Origin: Alphaproteobacteria bacterium
Lineage (GTDB): Bacteria > Pseudomonadota > Alphaproteobacteria > BOG-932 > Roseiterribacteraceae
Assembly (NCBI GenBank): GCA_035293565.1
Contig: DATGMP010000092.1
Span: 14,538 to 78,537 of the forward strand
Reading direction: 5' to 3'
Length of the DNA: 64,000 nt
The position numbers and the translations under genes are program-made. Numbering within the stretch: the stretch's first letter is position 1; every line of letters starts with the position of its first letter. The notes under the pieces were generated by a model. That model saw nothing but the letters and a program-made list of their open reading frames with translations. It searched no databases and was not told where the DNA came from. Shown piece after piece: positions 55,826 through 64,000 of the stretch.

Positions 55826-57657
55826 CAGACGGCCTCTTTCAGGCGTTTCTGAACAGGTTGCAGCCGTTCGGCAATGCTGCGCGAAATGAATCGCGCGGTG
55901 ATCGGCGAACCGTCGTAGTGGAGGACCGGGATCAGCTTGGCAGGATCGATTTCGCACTCGTTGACGATGAGCGCGCGCAGCTGGGCGTCGCGATTCTGCT
56001 CCACGACGAAGACCTCATCATGGGCATTGATGAAATCGACGACATCGTCATGGAAGGGGAACCCGCGCACGCGCAACGTGTCGACCATTAGCCCTTGGCC
56101 GGCCAGGAGCTCGGCCGCTTCCGACATGGAGGCGCTTGTCGATCCGTAATAGATCGCGCCGTAGCGCGTCGCGGCCGCCGCATTATGCTTGATCGGACGC
56201 GGCACGAGCTGCTTTGCCGTCTCGAACTTTCTGAGCAGCCGATCGACATTGTCGCGATAGACGTCGCCTTGCTCGGAATATTTGGCGAAACGGTCCTTCG
56301 ATGAGCCGCGGGTGAAGAACGCGCCCTTGCTCGGATGGGTGCCAGGATAGGTTCGGTAGGGAATGCCGTCGCCATCCACGTCGAGGTAACGGCCGAACTC
56401 TCGGCCCGCCTCGAGATCGGCATGGGTCATCACCTTGCCGCGATCGTACCGGCGGGCATCGTCCCACTTCAACGGCGCACAGAGTCGCTCATTCATGCCG
56501 ATATCGAGATCCAGCAGCACGAAGATCGGAGTCTGGAGCCGATCGGCCAGATCGAAGGCTTGGGCGCCCATGGTGAAGCATTCATGCGGATCCTCGGGGA
56601 AGAGGAGCACATGCTTGGTGTCGCCGTGGCTCGCATAGGCGCACGAGAGGACGTCGCCCTGCTGCGTGCGTGTCGGCATGCCGGTCGAAGGTCCGCCGCG
56701 CTGCACGTCGAACAACACTGCCGGAACTTCGGCGAAATAGGCGAGGCCCAGGAATTCCTGCATCAGGGAGATGCCGGGGCCGGATGTCGCGGTGAATGCG
56801 CGGGCGCCGTTCCAGGCTGCGCCGATCACCATGCCGATCGAGGCGAGCTCGTCCTCGGCCTGGACGATGGCGAACTTGTTGCCCTTCTCCGGGTCGACGC
56901 GGTAGCGCTGGCAATATTTGGTGAAGGCCTCGGCGAGCGAGGTCGAGGGCGTGATCGGATACCAGGCGCAGACGGTGGCGCCTCCATAGACCGCGCCCAG
57001 GCCGGCTGCGGCATTGCCCTCGATCGAGATCCGATCGCCGACCGCATTCGCTCGCTTGACCTTGAGCCCGAACGAGCTGACCAGGTGCTCGAGCGCATAA
57101 TCGCGGCCCATATGGAAGGCGTGGATGTTCGGCTCGATCAGCTTGTCCTTGCCCTTGAACTGCTCGCCGATCAGCGTCTCGATGACTTCCGGCTCGATGT
57201 CGAGCAGCGCCGAGAGCGCGCCGACATAAATGATGTTCTTGAACAGCTGCCGCTGCCGCGCATCCGTGTATTCGCGATTGCAGATCGCGGTGAGCGGCAT
57301 GCCGATCGTGGTCACATCGTCGCGGAATTTCGACTTCGGCAGCGGCTTGGAGGAATCATAGAACAGATATCCGCCGGGCTCGATCGACGCGACGTCCTGG
57401 CTCCAGGTCTGCGGGTTCATCGCGACCATCAGGTCGACGCCGCCGCGGGCACCCAGATGCCCGGCTTCGGACACCCGCACCTCGTACCAGGTCGGCAGGC
57501 CCTGGATGTTGGAGGGGAAGATGTTGCGGGGTGCCACCGGCACGCCCATGCGCAGGATCGACTTGGCGAAGAGCTGGTTGGCGCTGGCCGAACCCGACCC
57601 GTTCACATTGGCGAATTTGACGACGAAGTCGTTGGTGCGGGTTATCGGCTGAGGCAT
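55825..57657 (-). CDS. korA: 2-oxoacid:acceptor oxidoreductase alpha subunit
   Basis: Start at MPQPITRTNDFVVKFANVNGSGSASAN, giving 610 aa. YPITPST motif. Confidence 0.88.
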   Translation of the reverse strand: MPQPITRTNDFVVKFANVNGSGSASANQLFAKSILRMGVPVAPRNIFPSNIQGLPTWYEVRVSEAGHLGARGGVDLMVAMNPQTWSQDVASIEPGGYLFYDSSKPLPKSKFRDDVTTIGMPLTAICNREYTDARQRQLFKNIIYVGALSALLDIEPEVIETLIGEQFKGKDKLIEPNIHAFHMGRDYALEHLVSSFGLKVKRANAVGDRISIEGNAAAGLGAVYGGATVCAWYPITPSTSLAEAFTKYCQRYRVDPEKGNKFAIVQAEDELASIGMVIGAAWNGARAFTATSGPGISLMQEFLGLAYFAEVPAVLFDVQRGGPSTGMPTRTQQGDVLSCAYASHGDTKHVLLFPEDPHECFTMGAQAFDLADRLQTPIFVLLDLDIGMNERLCAPLKWDDARRYDRGKVMTHADLEAGREFGRYLDVDGDGIPYRTYPGTHPSKGAFFTRGSSKDRFAKYSEQGDVYRDNVDRLLRKFETAKQLVPRPIKHNAAAATRYGAIYYGSTSASMSEAAELLAGQGLMVDTLRVRGFPFHDDVVDFINAHDEVFVVEQNRDAQLRALIVNECEIDPAKLIPVLHYDGSPITARFISRSIAERLQPVQKRLKEAV

Positions 57658-59429
57658 GCGTCCCCTACTTGGGCGGTATCGAGAAGGAATTTCTGCATGT
57701 CCCACGCGCCGGTCGGGCAACGCTCGGCGCAGAGACCGCAATGGAGGCAGACGTCCTCGTCCTTGACCATGACGCGGCCGGTCTTGAGTCCGTCGGCGAC
57801 GTAGAGATCCTGGGCGCGATTGGGCGCCGGTGCATTCAGCCGCGTGCGGAGATCGGCTTCGTCACCATCGGGCGTGAAGCTGATGCAATCCATCGGGCAG
57901 ATGTCGACACACGCGTCGCACTCGATGCAAAGCTTCGGCGCGAAGACCGTCTGGATGTCGCAATTGAGACACCTCTGGGCCTCTTTGTAGCCGAGCTTCG
58001 GGTCGAAGCCGAGCTCGACCTCGAGCTTGATGTCGGCAAGCGCGACTTTCTTGTCGCGCAGCGGCACCCGGTAGCGGAGATCGTTCGAGATCTCGTTATC
58101 ATAGCTCCACTCGTGGATGCCCATCTTCTGGCTGGTCAGCGTGACCATTGGCGGCGGACGATCATTGACGTCCTCGCCCTGGCAGAGCTTGTGGATCGAG
58201 ATCGCGGCCTGGTGCGCATGGGCCACAGCCCAGATGATATTCTTCGGACCGAACGCCGAATCGCCGCCGAAGAAGACATTCGGGACGGAGCATTGCAGGC
58301 TGGCTTCATTCAAGACCGGCAAGCCCCAGCGATCGAACTCGATGCCGCAATCACGCTCGATCCACGGGAAGGCATTCTCCTGGCCGACCGCGATCAGCAC
58401 GTCGTCGCACTCCATATAGACGTCGGGCTCGCCTGTCGGGATCAGGTTGCGACGGCCTTTCTCGTCATAGACCGCGTGAACCTTCTCGAAATACATGCCC
58501 TTGAGCTTGCCGTTCTCGTGCTCGAAGCTCTTGGGCACGTGGAAGTTGATGATCGGAATGTCCTCGTGCATGGCATCTTCCTTCTCCCAGGGAGACGCCT
58601 TCATCTCCTCGAAGCCGGAGCGCACCACGACGCGGACATCCTCGCCGCCTAACCGGCGCGAGGAGCGGCAGCAATCCATCGCGGTGTTGCCACCGCCCAG
58701 GATCAGGACCCGCTTGCCGATCTTGTCTATGTGACCGAACGAGACGCTGGACAGCCAGTCGATGCCGATATGGATATTGGCCGCGGCCTCCTTGCGGCCG
58801 GGGATGTCGAGATCGCGACCGCGCGGCGCGCCGCAGCCGACGAAGATCGCGTCCCAGCCCTCGGCCATCAGGGTCTTCATGCTGTCGACACGCTGACCGA
58901 GCCGCAGCTCCGCGCCCATGTCGACGATGTACCCGACCTCTTCGTTGATGACGCTGCGAGGCAGACGGAATTTCGGAATCTGGCTGCGCATCATGCCGCC
59001 GGACTCGGTGTCGCCGTCGAACAGCACGCATTCATAGCCCATGGGCAACAGGTCGCGCGCGACAGCGAGCGAGGCGGGACCCGCCCCTACCAGCGCGATA
59101 CGCTTGCCGTTCTTCTTGGCCGGCTTTTTGGGCATGCGCGGCGTGACGTCGTCCTTGAAGTCCGCGGCGACGCGCTTCAGCCGACAGATCGCCACCGGCT
59201 CTTCCTCGACGCGTCCACGCCGGCAGGCGGGCTCGCAGGGGCGGTCGCAGGTGCGGCCGAGAATTCCAGGGAAGACGTTCGACCGCCAATTGATCATATA
59301 GGCGTCGCTGTACCGCTCCTCGGCGATCAGCCGGATGTATTCCGGGACCGGCGTATGGGCCGGGCAGGCCCATTGGCAGTCGACGACCTTGTGAAAATAG
59401 TCGGGGTTGGCGATGTCTGTCGGTCTCAC
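57642..59429 (-). CDS. GltD-like FAD/NAD(P)H oxidoreductase fused to a 2x[4Fe-4S] ferredoxin domain (KorC-like)
   Basis: GTG start with GAGGAA RBS. N-terminal Cys clusters, IALVGAGPASLAVA and VLILGGGNTAMDC dinucleotide folds, and C-terminal CIECDACVDICP and CLHCGLCAERCP. Overlaps korA by 16 nt. Confidence 0.8.
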   Translation of the reverse strand: MRPTDIANPDYFHKVVDCQWACPAHTPVPEYIRLIAEERYSDAYMINWRSNVFPGILGRTCDRPCEPACRRGRVEEEPVAICRLKRVAADFKDDVTPRMPKKPAKKNGKRIALVGAGPASLAVARDLLPMGYECVLFDGDTESGGMMRSQIPKFRLPRSVINEEVGYIVDMGAELRLGQRVDSMKTLMAEGWDAIFVGCGAPRGRDLDIPGRKEAAANIHIGIDWLSSVSFGHIDKIGKRVLILGGGNTAMDCCRSSRRLGGEDVRVVVRSGFEEMKASPWEKEDAMHEDIPIINFHVPKSFEHENGKLKGMYFEKVHAVYDEKGRRNLIPTGEPDVYMECDDVLIAVGQENAFPWIERDCGIEFDRWGLPVLNEASLQCSVPNVFFGGDSAFGPKNIIWAVAHAHQAAISIHKLCQGEDVNDRPPPMVTLTSQKMGIHEWSYDNEISNDLRYRVPLRDKKVALADIKLEVELGFDPKLGYKEAQRCLNCDIQTVFAPKLCIECDACVDICPMDCISFTPDGDEADLRTRLNAPAPNRAQDLYVADGLKTGRVMVKDEDVCLHCGLCAERCPTGAWDMQKFLLDTAQVGDACLSR

Positions 59430-59942
59430 TGCTTAGATTCCTCGGCGGGCGATATGCCCTTGGCGGTCGAAAGCTGCGTTCGTCGGGGGCGGGATCGGAT
59501 CGGCTCGGGTCGGCAAACGCCTCCCAGCGGCGGGTTCGGACGGCGGATCATATCCGCTTCCGAAAGCCGGCTTCTGAGTCCAGGGCGTTGGCTACATTCG
59601 TCCACACGTCAAATATAGGGCGCTGTAGTCGCTCCGACAGATTTTTGCGGCGTATATGCCGATTGGCATCGCGGCGTCGATCTCGTCGGCTCGGGGCATT
59701 GGCCTCGGCCACCTTTCCAATCCTCTCCTGAGCGATCTACTCCCTTTTTGTCCTTGATTCGAATTTCGCACAAAGCCCGGGTCTTCTGCAATCGGAGAGC
59801 GACATCAGACCGCTCTCCAAATACGCATTCGAGCCGTTCTCGGCGGGAAAACCATCTTTTCGCGCAAAACCATGGCGTCCGAATGCTCGGCGCCGGAACG
59901 AGGGGCCGCATCCGCGGTTTCATTGTCAATAGGAATGATCGC

Positions 59943-60311
59943 ATGGCTGCTTTGAACCACCATAGCGCCACCCGGACCGCATTCGTCCTTTCCGCCGCTT
60001 TCCTGATATTTCCGGCTTTTGGCTGGGCAAAGGACATCCCGGATCAGAAGGGGCCGGATCCGAAGGGGCAGGCGGAGAACCCCCCGGCGCAAAATCTTCC
60101 GCCCGAGGCACAGCCCAAGGCGCCTGCGCCCGGCGAGACCAAGACGGGCGTGATCCGCCCGCCGGACGTCGATCCGGACATGTCCAAGCGGACGCCGAAC
60201 GTCGATCCGAAGATGGCGCAGCCGCCCAAGCCGCAGGCTCCGGCCGTTCCCGAAATGAATGGCGGCGAGCAGGGGCAAGGCAAATCCGGGCCAGAGGCGC
60301 AGCCCCGCTAG
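59943..60311 (+). CDS. small exported Pro/Lys-rich protein
   Basis: 122 aa with signal TAFVLSAAFLIFPAFGWA, then a low-complexity region with the internal repeat PPDVDPDMSKRTPNVDPKM. Confidence 0.5.
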   Translation: MAALNHHSATRTAFVLSAAFLIFPAFGWAKDIPDQKGPDPKGQAENPPAQNLPPEAQPKAPAPGETKTGVIRPPDVDPDMSKRTPNVDPKMAQPPKPQAPAVPEMNGGEQGQGKSGPEAQPR

Positions 60312-60355
60312 CGAACCGGCGATCGCCGCGATAGTCTCGCCGCTCCGAGCGATGA

Positions 60356-61477
<1,122 letters not shown>

Positions 61478-61499
61478 GCTCCGCGAAACGGGATAAATC

Positions 61500-63044
61500 A
61501 TGATCGATATTGCGCCCCGCGAATGGTGGGGTCGCCCGGTCGTCGTTGGCGGCGGCGTCGCGGGCGGTGTCGCCGCGCTGACACTTTCGGCCCGACCCGT
61601 GATCCTGCTCGATCCGGCGCCGGTCGGCGGAGAGGCCGCGAGCCGCTGGGCGCAAGGAGGGCTGGCGGCTGCGATCGGCGCGGAGGATTCGCCCGAGCAG
61701 CACGCCAAGGACACCGTTGCCGCAGGCGCCGGCTTGTGCGACGCGGCGGCGGCGACAAGGATCACGGCGGCGGGGCCGGCGATCGTCGAGACGCTCGAGC
61801 ATTATGGCGTGCGCTTCGACCGCGACGCGAACGGCGCGATCGCGCTCGGTCTGGAGGCGGCCCACGCGCATCGCCGCATCCTCCATGTGCGCGATGCGAC
61901 CGGCAGCGCGCTGATGCAAGCGATCGGCGGCGCGATCGCTCGCGCGCCCACGATCAGGCAGCTCACCGGAACGGCGCTCAGAATCGTCGCCACCGACGGC
62001 CGCGTCGCCGGGCTGATCGCGAGGCTCGACGATCGCGTCTGCTTCCTGCCGACGTCGGCCGTGCTGCTCGCGACGGGCGGTATTGGCGGTCTCTGGCAAT
62101 CGACGACCAATCCCGCCGGAGCTCGCGGCCTCGGATTGGCGTTGGCCGCGCGCGCCGGTGCGGCGCTCGCCGATCTCGAATTCATGCAGTTCCATCCGAC
62201 CGCGCTCGCGGTTGGCGCCGATCCCATGCCGCTCATCAGCGAGGCGGTTCGCGGCGAAGGCGCGGTGCTGGTGGATGCCGAGGGGATTCGCTTCATGGCC
62301 GATCTTCCCGGTCGCGATCTCGCGCCCCGCGATGTTCTTGCGCGCGCGGTGTTCGCGCAATGGGCCAAAGGTGGAAAAGCTGCGCTCGATGTGCGGCACT
62401 GGCCGGAAGGCAAGTTCGCCGGGCGCTTTCCGAATATCCACCGGGTGCTCGCTTCTTTCGGACTTGATCCCGCGCGCGATCCGATCCCCGTGCGCCCGGC
62501 GGCGCATTATCATATGGGCGGAATCAAGGTGGGCCCGACGGGCCGTACTGGAATCGACGGTCTATGGGCGGCAGGCGAGGTTGCTTGCACCGGGCTCCAC
62601 GGCGCCAATCGGCTCGCATCCAATTCGCTGCTTGAAGCCGCGGTCTGCGGCAAGTGGGCCGCTGAAGATATGCTGGGGACCGATCTGCCTCATGTCCAGC
62701 CGGATGCGGCGCGCGGTATCGATGTTCCGGAGCATGGCGGCCGGCAGGCGCTCGCAGCGGCGCGCGCGGTCATGGACCTCTATGTCGGCGTCGTCCGCAA
62801 TGCGAGCGGACTGGCGACCGCGCTCGAAACCTTGGACGATCTGCGCCGCGACGCCGCGGGCACAAACGCCGACGATGCTCTGTCGGTCGCGCTCTTGATC
62901 GCACGCGCCGCGGCACGACGTCCGGAGAGCATCGGCGCCCATTGGCGCTCCGATGCCATTCCAGCCGACCGGCCGCCGCAGCATTCGGAGTCGCGGTGGG
63001 AGCAGCTGGATTCGAATCCCCCTACCCGAAGGGAGGGGAAATGA
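61500..63044 (+). CDS. nadB: L-aspartate oxidase
   Basis: VVVGGGVAGGVAAL, QGGLAAA, FHPTAL, HYHMGGI and GLHGANRLASNSLLE motifs. 514 aa. Confidence 0.9.
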   Translation: MIDIAPREWWGRPVVVGGGVAGGVAALTLSARPVILLDPAPVGGEAASRWAQGGLAAAIGAEDSPEQHAKDTVAAGAGLCDAAAATRITAAGPAIVETLEHYGVRFDRDANGAIALGLEAAHAHRRILHVRDATGSALMQAIGGAIARAPTIRQLTGTALRIVATDGRVAGLIARLDDRVCFLPTSAVLLATGGIGGLWQSTTNPAGARGLGLALAARAGAALADLEFMQFHPTALAVGADPMPLISEAVRGEGAVLVDAEGIRFMADLPGRDLAPRDVLARAVFAQWAKGGKAALDVRHWPEGKFAGRFPNIHRVLASFGLDPARDPIPVRPAAHYHMGGIKVGPTGRTGIDGLWAAGEVACTGLHGANRLASNSLLEAAVCGKWAAEDMLGTDLPHVQPDAARGIDVPEHGGRQALAAARAVMDLYVGVVRNASGLATALETLDDLRRDAAGTNADDALSVALLIARAAARRPESIGAHWRSDAIPADRPPQHSESRWEQLDSNPPTRREGK

Positions 63045-63048
63045 AACG

Positions 63049-63690
63049 TCACCGCTTGATCTGCGGCTGCTTCACGACGCGCAGATAAGGCTTCAGCGTT
63101 TTCCAGCCTTCCGGGAAGCGCTTCTTGGCGTCCTCGTCGGAGAGCGAGGGGACGATGATCACGTCCTGACCATCCTTCCAGTTCACCGGCGTGGCCACCT
63201 TGTGCTGATCGGTCAGCTGCAGGCTATCGATGACCCGCAGGATCTCGTCGAAGTTGCGGCCGGTGGAAGGCGGATAGGTGATCGTCAACCGTACCTTCTT
63301 CTCGGGATCGATGACGAACACCGAGCGGACCGTCACTTTCGGGTCAGCCTCGGGATGGATCATGTCGTAGAGCTTCGAGACCTTCTGGTCGGAGTCGGCG
63401 ATGACCGGGAAATTCAGCTTCTGGCCCTGGGTCTCCTCGATGTCCTTCTCCCAGCCCTTATGGGAGTCGGCCGGGTCGACCGAGAGGCCGATCACCTTGG
63501 CATTGCGCTTGTCGAATTCCGGCTTGATCCGCGCCACCTCGGCAAGCTCGGTCGTGCAGACCGGCGTGTAATCCTTGGGATGGCTGAAGAGAACGCCCCA
63601 GCTCGACCCCAACCAGGAATGGAAATGGATCGGGCCCTGCGTCGAATCCTGCGTGAAATCCGGTGCGATCTGTCCCAACTGGATAGCCAT
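63049..63690 (-). CDS. 1-Cys peroxiredoxin (Prx6-like)
   Basis: MAIQLGQIAPDF..GVLFSHPKDYTPVCTTEL with a single peroxidatic Cys. 213 aa. GAGGAG RBS. Confidence 0.9.
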   Translation of the reverse strand: MAIQLGQIAPDFTQDSTQGPIHFHSWLGSSWGVLFSHPKDYTPVCTTELAEVARIKPEFDKRNAKVIGLSVDPADSHKGWEKDIEETQGQKLNFPVIADSDQKVSKLYDMIHPEADPKVTVRSVFVIDPEKKVRLTITYPPSTGRNFDEILRVIDSLQLTDQHKVATPVNWKDGQDVIIVPSLSDEDAKKRFPEGWKTLKPYLRVVKQPQIKR

Positions 63691-63866
63691 AGGGATCTCT
63701 CCTCAATGATGGTCGGCGGCCCGCGTTTACCTTACCCGACCATGTAGGCGCGCGGAACGAAATTCCAATCGCGGCTGGAGTTGACGGACCAACCACACCA
63801 CATGGCTGGCAATGCCGACCGATAGGTGGCACAAAACGCCCGCTTTCGACGCAACGAGCTTTTCGC

Positions 63867-64000
63867 AATGACCACGATCCGCCAGGGATTCCTCGACAGC
63901 ATCGGCCACACGCCGATGATCCGGCTTCGCAAGGCCTCGGAGATTACAGGGTGCGACATTCTGGGCAAGGCCGAGTTCGTCAATCCAGGCGGATCGGTCA
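63867..64000 (+). CDS. PLP-dependent cysteine synthase/CBS-family protein, N-terminal fragment (continues past the window edge)
   Basis: Not in the ORF track because it is truncated. ATG at 63867 gives [44 protein letters not shown]. Confidence 0.7.

Noticed and set aside
56335-57804. 489-aa plus-strand ORF and several others (55022-55852, 57669-58652, 58731-59618) opposite korB/korA/korC.
   Set aside because: They are antisense to TPP-, Fe-S- and FAD-motif-bearing genes and have no motifs of their own.
59609-60037. 142-aa reverse-strand ORF inside the long intergenic gap.
   Set aside because: It has no RBS and atypical composition (Arg/Lys/Trp-rich), and it overlaps the start of the Pro-rich exported protein gene. 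Probably non-coding.

Overview
GC-rich chromosomal segment. Gene content and the REP type suggest an alphaproteobacterium, probably Hyphomicrobiales-like; I cannot verify the taxon here. I call about 60 protein genes at high coding density. By eye I found no rRNA, tRNA or CRISPR array. Many long ORFs in the track are antisense or alternate-frame shadows typical of high-GC DNA, and I rejected them. Gene content, left to right: polysaccharide-type methyltransferases; a cupin and a flavin amine oxidase; a DedA-rhodanese fusion; a thiolase/DUF35 pair; an odd crotonase; a long, tightly coupled reverse-strand CoA-dependent catabolic operon (7.6-18.3 kb) behind an AraC regulator; a TetR-controlled beta-oxidation-like module (ACAD, HADH, LLM); crotonase, SDR and gntK; an MFS/TauD/LLM/LysR module; EmrAB with its TetR; a TetR-headed four-gene operon of exported proteins containing the uncharacterised DUF1592/DUF1552 pair; a glycine-zipper lipoprotein; an exported FMN-binding protein and a PEP-CTERM protein with a near-consensus sigma-54 promoter; a Nudix hydrolase; an mtnK-mtnA-aldolase triad; a stand-alone divergent EF-G paralogue behind a structured, terminator-containing leader; a sulfotransferase pair; a three-gene korC-korA-korB-type 2-oxoacid oxidoreductase; frmA; nadB; a 1-Cys peroxiredoxin; and the start of a cysteine synthase-like gene. 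The CoA-dependent operon includes an 838-aa tandem-fused family III CoA-transferase and is interrupted by an IS110/IS1111-family element whose junctions resolve to the nucleotide. I saw no recognisable defence system, prophage or toxin-antitoxin module. The candidates most worth follow-up are the IS element with its guide-like match to the target, the fused or atypical CoA-transferases and their orphan operon, the exported DUF1592/DUF1552 operon, and the EF-G paralogue with its leader. All family assignments come from motif recognition by eye, not from database searches.
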